The translations under genes were made by a program, and so were the position numbers. A stretch of DNA of 63,377 nucleotides, the filler included, from a candidate division WOR-3 bacterium (GTDB lineage Bacteria > SDB-A), in assembly GCA_016934535.1 (NCBI GenBank). It is 5 parts of 5 records of this genome, joined end to end, with 100 filler letters (N's around TTAATTAATTAA, not from the genome) between each part and the next. Parts side by side here need not be neighbours in the genome. Positions count along the whole stretch, not along the records: positions 45,446 to 56,703 come from JAFGSQ010000009.1; positions 56,804 to 63,377 come from JAFGSQ010000076.1; 3 more parts are not named here. The stretch is one strand, 5' to 3'. Positions 48,759 through 58,390 of the stretch are shown piece after piece. Position 1 is the first letter of the stretch. The number at the start of each line of letters is the position of its first letter. The notes under the pieces were generated by a model that was not told the origin of the DNA, did not search any database, and saw nothing but the letters and a program-made list of their open reading frames with translations.

Positions 48759-49685
48759 CTAAAAACGAGCTCCGATTGAAAAATAATAATCGAGACGGTC
48801 GGCTTTAAAATCATCGGTCTGACCCCAGCATGCGGCGGAAACAATATACCTGTCGCGCGCAAAAGTAGTGCCGAAAGAGAAAAGTTTTGCGCCGTCTTTT
48901 TCAACATAACCGGTGGAGGCTTTGGCAGGGCCGTAGAACGCCTGAATACAGTAATGGTGAATCACGCTCCAGTCTTTTTCGGAGTACTCAAAATCGTAAG
49001 CCGCAGAGGCGTATTTCATAGACATCGAAATTCCGGCTCTGTAGGAAGAGGGAACGGTGATCTCATCGTCGAAGACTTTTCCTGCAAAGTTTTTCGCGCT
49101 GACACCCATGGCAAAATGTGAGATAACAATCGCAAGACCAGCGTCTACGAAAAAACCGTGAGCGGGAAATGCTCTGAAAATAAGCGAATCTTCCGCGAAT
49201 TGACCCGAATCCGGATATGAAATCTCCCTGTAAGAGGCGTGAAAGTATTTTATCGTGCCGCCTACTGAGAATGAGGATAAATCGGCATCCCTTATAGCAA
49301 AAGAAAGGCCGGCTTCGTCGGCTCTGAGCAAAGCGCTCGTTTTTCTTCCGGAATAAGCGGTGTCTGTACGATCTGCTTCGAGTATTCTCCAATAAAAAGC
49401 CGTTTGAGGAGAGGATATGAGAACCGAATTGACGTATTTTCCGTCGTAGGCAGAGTATTCACCGAAGCCAGTGCAGGCGGAGTCCTTGTCCCTGACTCCG
49501 TAGTACGATACAAGAACCGAGGAATAATATGAAAAGGGCAGCATTGCGGGATTGTAAAAAACCGGATCGTCCGTTAATGCCGTCCCGGTCCCTCCGCATC
49601 CCAGAGAGTATGCCGATGTTGGCATCCCGAAATAGCCGGGTCTTTCAAAGAAAAATCCCACAACAAGAAAAAATGTCAAAAACAT
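48759..49685 (-). CDS. Outer-membrane beta-barrel, PorV/UPF0164-like
   Basis: SAYSLGCGGTGTALTDD.VFYNPA N-terminal motif; C-terminal FSIGARF beta-signal. Confidence 0.7.
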   Translation of the reverse strand: MFLTFFLVVGFFFERPGYFGMPTSAYSLGCGGTGTALTDDPVFYNPAMLPFSYYSSVLVSYYGVRDKDSACTGFGEYSAYDGKYVNSVLISSPQTAFYWRILEADRTDTAYSGRKTSALLRADEAGLSFAIRDADLSSFSVGGTIKYFHASYREISYPDSGQFAEDSLIFRAFPAHGFFVDAGLAIVISHFAMGVSAKNFAGKVFDDEITVPSSYRAGISMSMKYASAAYDFEYSEKDWSVIHHYCIQAFYGPAKASTGYVEKDGAKLFSFGTTFARDRYIVSAACWGQTDDFKADRLDYYFSIGARF

Positions 49686-49800
49686 GAAAAAATGCTATCA
49701 TTTAAGGTTGATTTTATCAACTCAAATAGCTTTGAAAAATATTAGGTGCAATGAGTTTTTTGTACGGTAAGATTTGTTTGAACAAGCAAAGGAGTTTAAG

Positions 49801-52800
49801 GTGAAAAAAATTATAGCTGTGTTGTTCATTTTTTCAGCCTGCCTTTCCGCTGAAACGTTTGAATATGTTTTTACTTTCGAAGAACCTGACAAACACAATT
49901 TTTTGAGCCCCTGGGGTGATTCATACGAGTTTTATTACCTGCCTGGCAGACCTGTTGTTTCAGCGCCTTCGTGTCCGTTTATTTATTCGGAGACCGAGAT
50001 AATAAAATTGCCCTCTGGTTTTGTGGTTGAAAATATAAGCGTGGCGCAGGAGGAAGGGACAATTATCGCAGAAAACATATTTTTGGCTCCCCATCAGGGA
50101 ACCCAACCCATGAGTTTTATTCAAACAGTTTATTTCGAACCCGACCGAAATATTTACTCAAAAGACGCCCTCTATCCAACAGATAATATTTTGTCCTACA
50201 AACAGGGAAGAGCGGGAAGCGAAAACCTGCTGGCCATAGCGATTTCACCTTTGCAGTACAATCCCGTGAGAAAAAAATTATTCTTCAACGAAAAAGTCGG
50301 AATAATTGTCGAAGGACGTTACACCGGTGTATCTACAACTGCTGTTCCGGAAAGCGTCTCCGACACTGACATGATAATAGTTACTGTTCCAAATTACATG
50401 CCCGCAGCCGATAGCCTGGCTCAACTTCACATTAAAAGCGGCATCAACTGCGCCGTCAGAACAACAGAATATATAAATCAAAATTATCAGGGAAGAGACA
50501 TCCAGGAAAAGATAAGGAACTGCATAAAATATATGAACGAAAACCATTCCGCCTCTTATGTCCTGATTTTGGGCAACTGGCAGGCGGTTCCCGGAAGATA
50601 TTGTCACATCGAAATGCAGAGTCTTTCCGAAGACATTCCATCCGACCATTACTATTCCGACTTGGACGGCTCCTGGGACGCCGACAACGATAATGTTTTC
50701 GGTGAGATAGAAGACAGTCTCGATATGTTCCCGGAAATGAGCGTGGGCAGAGCGTGTGTCGGATCTTCTTCCGAAGCTCTCGATTTTTTCAATAAAGTGA
50801 AGTCCTACTGCACGAGTGATTCGCTTTTTTATCCGGAGAACATTATTTTTATGGCCAGCTATCTCGACGCCAACACGGACGGGGGAGTGGCGAAAAATTA
50901 CATAGCCGACAATCTGATAAGCCCTGTTTTCACCGTCCACAGGCTTTACGAATCCCTTTCGAATCTCAACATCGGGTCCTTTCAGGACACCTGTGAACGT
51001 TACGGATTTTCTTTCCTGAATCACATTGGACACGCCGGAACAAATTCGATGCAGTGCGGACCGGATTATCTCGAAAAATCCGACGTCGACAACCTTTCGA
51101 ATTTTTCAAAGTACGGAATCGTTTATTCGACGGGATGCTGGGCGGCCGCGTTTGACGACGACTGCGTGGGCTGGCATTTCGTCTCGAATTCCTCCGGCGG
51201 AAGCATAGGATTCATCGGAAATTCAAGATACGGATGGTTCACTCCCGGGTTTCCCGGATGCGGCAGTTCGGAAGTCATAGATTACAATTACTTCAGAACC
51301 GTGCTGTCCGAAGGCGAAAACGTTCTCGGAAGATCGTTTTCTCTTCACAAAATACCTTACATAGCGTTGTCCGGACAGGCTAACGATTACAGGTGGATAA
51401 TGTTCGCGCTTACTTTATTCGGAGATCCGGCGCTGTACCTTAGGACTGAAGCCGAATTAACCGAGATGGACGTGTTTTTACCGGGAACTGTTTTCCCGGC
51501 CGGAAGCGGAGTTATCAGCGTTTCAGTAAAGGATTTGACTGGAACCCCACTCGAAGGCGTTATTGTTTCTCTTACTTCGGCAGGAAGTCTGATAACGGCA
51601 GGTCTGACGGACGCCTCCGGCACTTGTTTTATTCCGTACAACGGAGTGAGCTCAGGTGACGGCGTGATATCCGCGTCCGGAGCAAATCTCGTTTTCGAGC
51701 AAGTTCCTGTTCAATTCGGAGACGCCGCATACAGAATACAGATAGATTCGACAATATATGCCGACACTTTTCCTGCCTGCAACGCCGACGGTAAGTTTTC
51801 ATCCGGAGAGACTCTCGAATACTCAATTTATATAAAAAATACGGGTTCGTCGGCCTTGACTTCTTTGACAGGAGACTTGGCTTCAGACAGCTCATTCATA
51901 GGATTTATAATTTCAAGCGACACGATAGCTTCCGTCGCTTCGGGCGGCGAAAGTGTCATGACCTTTATTATTTTTTCTGAACCCGGAATAAACAACGGAA
52001 CGCCGATGAATTTGAACCTTAATCTTGTAACCGCTTCTCTCGACGACACTTTCAGCCTTCCGTCGGTCATACAGAACCCCGAAATGCACTGCACAGGCTT
52101 TAGATGTTTGGACACAATCAGCGGCAACGGCAACGGTTTTTTTGAATCCGGAGAGACCGCTCTCTGGGAATTCACGTTTGAAAACGCCGGTTTTTCAGAT
52201 CTTTTCCCGGGACAGACAGCAATACACCTGAACACAACAGAAGTGACTGTCAATGACAGCTTTTTTTCACATACCCGCGTCAATGCAGGTAATGACATGA
52301 CGATTCCCTTCGTTTTAACAGCCTCTTCGAATCTCCCTGCCGAATTTCAGGCTCTGTTCACATTTACGTCAGGAAATCTTCCTGTTCCCGATGAATACTC
52401 TGTAAATCTCACCACTGGAATTTTCGGTTTCACGGACGACATGGAAGGGGACACATCTTTGTGGGTTCATTCGGGAGACCCGGATCTATGGCACATATCG
52501 TCACGACGTTACTCTTCTTCATCGAATTCCTGGTACTGCGGCAATGAATCGACAGGTCAATATCCTCCTGCTTTCGCCGAGACGCTTGAAACCGTCGTAA
52601 TGAGATCAGGTCATGACATGGCACTCTCATTTTGGCACTGGTACGAAGTCGAGGCAGGTTACGATTATTGTATTGTTCAGGCTATAGAGGACGGGCAGTG
52701 GAAGAATCTGGCGACTTTTTCAGGAAGCTCTCAGGGCTGGTCCTACGAAGAAATTCTGTTTGACGTCTCAGCCGATTCGTTCAATCTGAGATTTGTCTTT

Positions 52801-53157
52801 TATTCCGAAGACAATAATAACCAGTACGAGGGCTGGTACATAGACGACGTCAGGGTTTTTGGAATGCAGACCGTCGAGGTCGAAGAAAATATAATTGTAT
52901 CAGCACCTTCTCTCGAATACTCGGGTTCATTCATAACCAACAGATGGTCGCTTAATTTGACATGCCCGGAAAATGAAAATGTAAATATATATTTATTCGA
53001 CGTTTCAGGCAGAACAATTAAAGTTTTACACGAAGGGATTCTGGCGAGGGGTTTCCGTTCGTTCGGACTGCCTCAGGACCTGCCCCTGGGCGTATATTTT
53101 ATAACTGTTGAGGGGAGTTCCTTCAAGGAGAGTATAAAGCTGATGAAAGCGATCTGA
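49801..53157 (+). CDS. Gingipain-like C25 cysteine peptidase with propeptide and T9SS-type CTD
   Basis: YVLILG, PSDHYYSDLDG, VGR, HIGHAG (His), STGC (Cys), LFGDP; C-terminal IYLFDVSGR...LPLGVYFI. Confidence 0.88.
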   Translation: MKKIIAVLFIFSACLSAETFEYVFTFEEPDKHNFLSPWGDSYEFYYLPGRPVVSAPSCPFIYSETEIIKLPSGFVVENISVAQEEGTIIAENIFLAPHQGTQPMSFIQTVYFEPDRNIYSKDALYPTDNILSYKQGRAGSENLLAIAISPLQYNPVRKKLFFNEKVGIIVEGRYTGVSTTAVPESVSDTDMIIVTVPNYMPAADSLAQLHIKSGINCAVRTTEYINQNYQGRDIQEKIRNCIKYMNENHSASYVLILGNWQAVPGRYCHIEMQSLSEDIPSDHYYSDLDGSWDADNDNVFGEIEDSLDMFPEMSVGRACVGSSSEALDFFNKVKSYCTSDSLFYPENIIFMASYLDANTDGGVAKNYIADNLISPVFTVHRLYESLSNLNIGSFQDTCERYGFSFLNHIGHAGTNSMQCGPDYLEKSDVDNLSNFSKYGIVYSTGCWAAAFDDDCVGWHFVSNSSGGSIGFIGNSRYGWFTPGFPGCGSSEVIDYNYFRTVLSEGENVLGRSFSLHKIPYIALSGQANDYRWIMFALTLFGDPALYLRTEAELTEMDVFLPGTVFPAGSGVISVSVKDLTGTPLEGVIVSLTSAGSLITAGLTDASGTCFIPYNGVSSGDGVISASGANLVFEQVPVQFGDAAYRIQIDSTIYADTFPACNADGKFSSGETLEYSIYIKNTGSSALTSLTGDLASDSSFIGFIISSDTIASVASGGESVMTFIIFSEPGINNGTPMNLNLNLVTASLDDTFSLPSVIQNPEMHCTGFRCLDTISGNGNGFFESGETALWEFTFENAGFSDLFPGQTAIHLNTTEVTVNDSFFSHTRVNAGNDMTIPFVLTASSNLPAEFQALFTFTSGNLPVPDEYSVNLTTGIFGFTDDMEGDTSLWVHSGDPDLWHISSRRYSSSSNSWYCGNESTGQYPPAFAETLETVVMRSGHDMALSFWHWYEVEAGYDYCIVQAIEDGQWKNLATFSGSSQGWSYEEILFDVSADSFNLRFVFYSEDNNNQYEGWYIDDVRVFGMQTVEVEENIIVSAPSLEYSGSFITNRWSLNLTCPENENVNIYLFDVSGRTIKVLHEGILARGFRSFGLPQDLPLGVYFITVEGSSFKESIKLMKAI

Positions 53158-53162
53158 CGGAA

Positions 53163-54095
53163 ATGAAGACTGTCGGTATAGTCGGTTCGACGGGTGCGGT
53201 CGGCACAAAGGCCGTTGAAATAATAAAAAGCAGATCTCTTCCCGTCGAACTGAGGGCATTTTCTTCTTACTCGGGCGGACGCGAAGTATTTGGAGTCGAA
53301 GTCGAAGAGCTGAAAGAGGTTCCAAAAAATCTCGATTTCGCTATTTTTTCAGCGGGATCTGCAGTTTCTTTAAAATGGGCAAAAAATTTCGCCGACGCAA
53401 ATATAGTCTGCATCGACAACACTTCGGCTTTCAGAAGAGATGATGACATTCCTCTCGTTGTGCCCCAGGTCAATTTCGACGACGTTAAAAAAGACGGTTT
53501 TCTTATATCGAATCCGAACTGCGCTACAATACCGGTTGTAAGGATTTTGAATAATTTCAAAGACGAAGTGACCGGATTTCACGCCGTTACTTTTCAGTCT
53601 GTGTCGGGAGCGGGGAGAAGAGGATTGACAGCACTTTCCGAAGAGAGCAGAGGTTTAAAGTTCGAGCAGTCGCCTTTCGCTGAAAAAATTTTCGACAACG
53701 TATTGCCTCTCATAGGAAACATTTCTGAAACCGGATGCTCTCAGGAAGAACTCAAACTCGTCTTTGAGACGAGAAAAATACTTCACAAAAAGGACATGAG
53801 AATCTCGGCTGTGTGCGTCAGAGTGCCGGTGACAGTGGGTCACTCCGTGTCGCTGACTCTTGAGGGAAAAAATCTTACGGCCGAAAAGGTCAGGAATTGG
53901 ATTAAGCTGAACAAAGATGTTCTGTACAAAAAAGTTCCCACCCCTCGCGACATTCAGGATAGAGACGAAGTAATCGCCGGAAGAGTAAAAGAAGAGGACG
54001 GTTATCCTGGGCTCGTCAGTCTGTTCGTGTGCGCAGACAATTTAAGGGTCGGGGCGGCGACGAACGCCGTTGATATTCTCGAAAAGCTTTTGTGA
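53163..54095 (+). CDS. asd: Aspartate-semialdehyde dehydrogenase
   Basis: GSTGAVG, IDNTSAFR, NPNC, QSVSGAG, CVRVPV..GH and DNLRVGAATNA motifs. Confidence 0.95.
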   Translation: MKTVGIVGSTGAVGTKAVEIIKSRSLPVELRAFSSYSGGREVFGVEVEELKEVPKNLDFAIFSAGSAVSLKWAKNFADANIVCIDNTSAFRRDDDIPLVVPQVNFDDVKKDGFLISNPNCATIPVVRILNNFKDEVTGFHAVTFQSVSGAGRRGLTALSEESRGLKFEQSPFAEKIFDNVLPLIGNISETGCSQEELKLVFETRKILHKKDMRISAVCVRVPVTVGHSVSLTLEGKNLTAEKVRNWIKLNKDVLYKKVPTPRDIQDRDEVIAGRVKEEDGYPGLVSLFVCADNLRVGAATNAVDILEKLL

Positions 54096-54098
54096 AAA

Positions 54099-54296
54099 TT
54101 ATTTTTTAAGATTCCACGCTCTGAAAAAGTTCTCTCTCGACCTGTCGTAGGTTTTTTCATATTCTGGGGGAAAAAAACAGCCAGGCAGTTCTCCCGCATC
54201 TCTGTGATAAGCGACGCATTCACAGCACATTCCTTTCTTTGAACAGTTGTAGGTGCAGGCGCAAGTCAAAGCTGTCTTTTCTTTTCTGCATTCCAT
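54099..54296 (-). CDS. DUF6485-like small Cys-rich protein
   Basis: CxCTY.C..KG.CCECV.YH....LPGCFF....TYDRS pattern. Confidence 0.75.
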   Translation of the reverse strand: MECRKEKTALTCACTYNCSKKGMCCECVAYHRDAGELPGCFFPPEYEKTYDRSRENFFRAWNLKK

Positions 54297-54299
54297 GAA

Positions 54300-55325
54300 T
54301 CATTCTCCAATCAATAAATAAGGTTTTATTTTTTCAAAAAGCGAGCTTCCTATGCCTGTGATGTTCAGGAGTTCTTCAAGAGTTTCAAATTTTCCTTTTT
54401 CAGATCTGTATTCGACTATTCTCGTGGCGAGAACGGGACCAATACCCGGGATTCTGTCGAGAAGAGGTGCGGAAGCCTTGTTTAAGTCCAGAGGGAAAAT
54501 GCTGGCTGCAATTGTGTCGGGATCAAGTTGAAGTGTGTAGGATGAGGAAGGTTCCAACGTTTTTAAAAATTCTTTTTTCCAGGACAACGAAGCGGTGTGA
54601 GTATATCCGAGATCAGCGTGGTTGGAAAGACCGTAGTGCGAACCGATGTTTGAAGCTTCGGCCTCGAAACCGACTGAAAACTCTCCGGGGCTGTCAGTGT
54701 ATCCGATTATAAAAGAGAGGGCGTTGAACCTGAAACAGAGCGAAAAACTCTTTCTAATATCTCTGTCTCTGACCTTGAAGGCGCAAAGCCCAATGCTGAC
54801 GCCGTCGAAATATTCCAGCAAAATGTGCGCGTTTACAGACAAAGGAGGTTGGTTTGATGAAGTGCCGTAAGTTGTCGAGAGCATGTTTTGAACGGAAACA
54901 CCAAATCCGAAATATTGATTTATGTCGGTCCATGTATAAAGGTCGGAGCTCCAGACTATTTTACTGCCGTATCCTTTAATGGACAAGAACATCGGTTTAA
55001 AGCGCAGACCCGCTGACTGACCCTTCAATCTGTACGCACACGCAAATCCGGTCGTTATCTCTCTGTAGAGTGAGTTGCCGAACTGAGAAGCTGTCACGGA
55101 GAAGGAGTATGGATTTTTTGTCCAGGAAACGCCTGCCGAGTAGAGGTTGAGATCATCCATCGAATAGAGCTGAGTGAAACAGCAAGAAGCTCTCAAACCG
55201 TCGGAGAGAGGGATTGAAGGATTAAGAAATACGTTGAAGTGGGAAATTTTTGAAACAGGATGGTAGAATTTTGGCAGAGGGTTTAATTCGAAGGCAGAGA
55301 AGAGAATTATCCAAAATGCATACAT
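54300..55325 (-). CDS. Beta-barrel-like domain fused to a ComEA-type helix-hairpin-helix domain
   Basis: C-terminal LDLNKAS..LDRIPGIGPVLA.RIVEYR..GKF..ITGIG; N-terminal LNPS, amphipathic strands and LGYTH. Confidence 0.75.
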   Translation of the reverse strand: MYAFWIILFSAFELNPLPKFYHPVSKISHFNVFLNPSIPLSDGLRASCCFTQLYSMDDLNLYSAGVSWTKNPYSFSVTASQFGNSLYREITTGFACAYRLKGQSAGLRFKPMFLSIKGYGSKIVWSSDLYTWTDINQYFGFGVSVQNMLSTTYGTSSNQPPLSVNAHILLEYFDGVSIGLCAFKVRDRDIRKSFSLCFRFNALSFIIGYTDSPGEFSVGFEAEASNIGSHYGLSNHADLGYTHTASLSWKKEFLKTLEPSSSYTLQLDPDTIAASIFPLDLNKASAPLLDRIPGIGPVLATRIVEYRSEKGKFETLEELLNITGIGSSLFEKIKPYLLIGE

Positions 55326-55558
55326 CTTTTATATTTTAAACCAAGATTGAGATAATTTCAAATGTTATTTATTCATAACTTTAGCAACAACAAAATATAA
55401 ACGGTTAAGTTTCATTATTTTACAGATTATCTTCATTTTTACAATTTATTGATTTAACTAATTATTGTATAATATGTAAAAATGTTATTTATATAATTAA
55501 TAAATTGACACAAAAAAAAAATAAGATAACATCTGGCAACTTTTACAAGGAGGTATTC

Positions 55559-56632
55559 TTGAAAAGAACTCTTATCAGCGCCGTAGTTTTGTTTTTAACT
55601 ACGTCTGTGATGGTGGGGCAAATATCGCCCGGGGGCTGGGAAAAAATCTACACTAATTTGGACGGTGTAGCTCACGATCTTGAAAAAACCGCCTTCGGTT
55701 ACACATTTGTCATCGGAAGCGGAAGAGTCGGTCCGGACCAGTATCAGGTTTATTCTCCGACAACTTTAGTCGCTGTAAACAATTCAGGAAACATAATCTG
55801 GCAGATAACGAACAATGATCTTGTCATGAACCCTGATCATAAAATTGTCTTCGCCGGACACAACGACAGTACGAACAGCTATATTTTCCTTGTTGCGGGT
55901 TACGGAGAATACAATGACACTTCTGCAATGCAGCTCTGGCCTGTTTCTGCTGATTACAATCCGGGAACCCAGACATGGTCTGTGAATTCATTGCCTGTTA
56001 AGACATATATTGATTATAGTTCTTATTTTCCTTCAGATTTAATTTATTATGAAAGTAACAAGTTTATGCTTGTAGGTTTTTTAAACAATTCTTATGGTAG
56101 AGGGTTTTTTCATTCACAAATAAATCATTCTGGTATCGCTGATAGTTTATATCAAGGTTGGGGATGTTATTTTTCTGAATTTGTATGCTGTAAATACAAT
56201 GATGAATTAGTAATGGTCGCTTCTCAAAACAATCTAAATAATTATTCCATTACAATAATGGTTTATGATGATGTTAACCAAATTTATCCTGATCAGATTT
56301 CTTATATATCAACATCTGGAAATCATTATTTAATTAATTCAATAACAATGAAGTATGATACAATACTTTTAGGTTCAGTTGTCAGTTGGGGAAGAAATAT
56401 TTCTTATCATAATATAATTAAGACAAACAAATCAGGTTATCTGTTCAACCATTATTCATATGGCTATAATAATGGTTGTAAAAAAATGAACGCAATCATC
56501 GACAACAACAACGAATATCTAACTGTTGGTGGAAGTTTGTATCCTGGTGATTCCCTGTCTCCGCCATGGTGCGGCGGATTTTATATGAAGAATTATTCTG
56601 ATTTTAGTTTTAAATCCACTAGTGTCCTATAA
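55559..56632 (+). pseudogene. Secreted beta-rich protein, probably truncated by an IS end at 56617
   Basis: AAGGAGG RBS with TTG start, signal peptide; the stop codon lies inside the IS terminal repeat. Confidence 0.55.
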
Positions 56633-56703
56633 AAAATAAAAAGAAAAAGACTGGTTCCTAAAAAGAAAATATAATCAAAAAAAGCTAAAAAAAGGAACCA
56701 GTC
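56617..56703 (+). mobile_element. Left end of an IS4-like element
   Basis: CACTAGTGTCCTA matches the IR at 18368-18380; internal IR GACTGGTTCCT/AGGAACCAGTC; contig breaks here. Confidence 0.6.
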
Positions 56704-56803
56704 NNNNNNNNNNNNNNNNNNNNNNNNNNNNNNNNNNNNNNNNNNNNTTAATTAATTAANNNNNNNNNNNNNNNNNNNNNNNNNNNNNNNNNNNNNNNNN
56801 NNN
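56704..56803. other. Artificial contig linker
   Basis: N run containing TTAATTAATTAA. Confidence 0.98.
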
Positions 56804-57622
56804 CTCATTTCCATACTCGACAGAAACGCCTGTGTACTTAACATCCCTGAGCGGGACAGGGAAGGAGTCATCAGAAGGATTGCTACGATCGCATCCAAGA
56901 CAGAAGCGCTGACAGGAGTTTCACCCGAAATAATTTACGAAAAACTCATGTCGCGCGAAACAGAGGGATCAACCGGCATTGGTAACGGCATCGCCATACC
57001 TCACGCCCGAATCGAGGGGATGAAGGCTTTCCTTCTTTTTATCGTGACTTCACACCGTGGAGCCGAATTTAATTCCATTGATAAAAAAAGGGTACACACC
57101 TTCTTTGTAGTCATCGGTCCAGAGGAACGAATCAATGATCATTTAAAAATACTCGCGGCAATATCCCACATTCTCGCATCATCAAACGTGAAAAAAGAAC
57201 TCCGCAGAGCCATAACCAACACGGCTCTGTATGAAGCATTTCTACGCAACGTGCGTATCGCGGATTCAAAATACGATTCCACACAGAAATTCAAGGCTCT
57301 CTTTGTCATTCTTTATTTTGAAGAATTCCTCTACGACATACTCGAATTTTTCATCCAGGAAGGAATCGAAGGAGCCACTATTTTTGATTCATCGGGAATG
57401 GGGCAGTACATATCTAATATACCCCTGTTTGCAAGTTTCATAGGTTTCATGAACGAAACCAAAAATCACAGCAACACTATTGTCGCTATGATTCCGGAGA
57501 ACAGGTTCAATGATATAGTCGAAGGAATCGAGGAGATTACGGGAAACCTCGACAAAAAGGAAGGCGCCATGCTTTTCGCGGTCGATGTCAGCTTCGCGAG
57601 GGGCACGATGAAAATGATGTAG
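56804..57622 (+). CDS. PTS EIIA (PtsN/fructose-type) domain fused to a PII-like domain; 5' end cut
   Basis: Frame open from the contig start; RE..GSTGIGNGIAIPHAR, HLKILA; C-terminal GIEGATIFDSSGMG...PLFASF. Confidence 0.8.
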   Translation, partial: LISILDRNACVLNIPERDREGVIRRIATIASKTEALTGVSPEIIYEKLMSRETEGSTGIGNGIAIPHARIEGMKAFLLFIVTSHRGAEFNSIDKKRVHTFFVVIGPEERINDHLKILAAISHILASSNVKKELRRAITNTALYEAFLRNVRIADSKYDSTQKFKALFVILYFEEFLYDILEFFIQEGIEGATIFDSSGMGQYISNIPLFASFIGFMNETKNHSNTIVAMIPENRFNDIVEGIEEITGNLDKKEGAMLFAVDVSFARGTMKMM

Positions 57623-57718
57623 GAGAACCATGAAACTGTACGAGATTTTCGTCAATGGTCTGGCCGTCAAAATTAAACCTACGGACAATGAATGCTTCTC
57701 ATGAATTTAAATTGAAAT

Positions 57719-57808
57719 TTCTACAGAAAAGGCATCAGAACTGCGATAGTAAAATTAATGATTGCATGGGCAAAAAAGCGGAGCTGTGAGAAAATTCAAG
57801 TGAATGAC
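57719..57808 (+). pseudogene. GNAT acetyltransferase fragment
   Basis: YRKGIRTAIVKLMIAWAKKRSCEKIQ resembles GNAT motif A; no intact start. Confidence 0.45.
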
Positions 57809-57809
57809 T

Positions 57810-58008
57810 ATGAAAATCAGAGTTTTCAATAAATCAGATGAAAAAGAAGTCATCGAACTTTGGATCAAATGCGGACTTGTCAGGCCCTGGAACAATCCGC
57901 GGAAGGACATCGAATCAAGAGTTCTACAAATCACTGGATTATAAAATAGATGATGTCATAAGTATGGGAAAAAGGCTGAAAGAGGACGACATGTACGAGG
58001 AGACTTGA
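57810..58008 (+). pseudogene. YpeA-like GNAT acetyltransferase with internal deletion
   Basis: MKIRVFNKSDEKEVIELWIKCGLVRPWNNPRKDIE joined out of frame to EFYKSLDYKIDDVISMGKRL. Confidence 0.8.
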
Positions 58009-58010
58009 TT

Positions 58011-58388
58011 ATGGGCGATTTCCCTGTTTTCATGAAAAACGCTCTAAACAAAATACCCGTTTCGACACAGAACACGAAGGATATCGAAGGTTTTTATTTC
58101 GAAGGGAAAGACGGTTCCCAGATGGCTTTCTGGACCAGCTTTTCCGACAGAACTTCCGAAAAACACATGCATGACTTCGACGAATACATGACGGTTGTCA
58201 ATGGTCAGTATACAGTTTACGTCGAAGGCGAAAAAACGGTTCTGAATCCCGGAGACGAACTCTTCATACCGAAAGGGAAAGAACAATGGGGGGAATGTCT
58301 GGCTGGGACGAGGACCATCCATTGCTTCGGCGGTAAAAGAATAAATCCGGGAAAAAGCACTGAAACTGAAAATGATCTGGGAAAATAA
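58011..58388 (+). CDS. Cupin domain protein
   Basis: HMHDFDEY..V..G and LNPGDELFIPKG motifs. Confidence 0.85.
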   Translation: MGDFPVFMKNALNKIPVSTQNTKDIEGFYFEGKDGSQMAFWTSFSDRTSEKHMHDFDEYMTVVNGQYTVYVEGEKTVLNPGDELFIPKGKEQWGECLAGTRTIHCFGGKRINPGKSTETENDLGK

Positions 58389-58390
58389 TC

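Noticed and set aside
50278-52298. Long minus-strand ORFs inside the C25 peptidase (and similar ones within umuC, ftsH, SPFH and pst genes)
   Set aside because: Antisense or alternate-frame shadows without motifs or RBS
18380-56617. Composite transposon bounded by the two IS ends
   Set aside because: The ends lie on different contigs and face outward into assembly gaps; their relative position here is arbitrary
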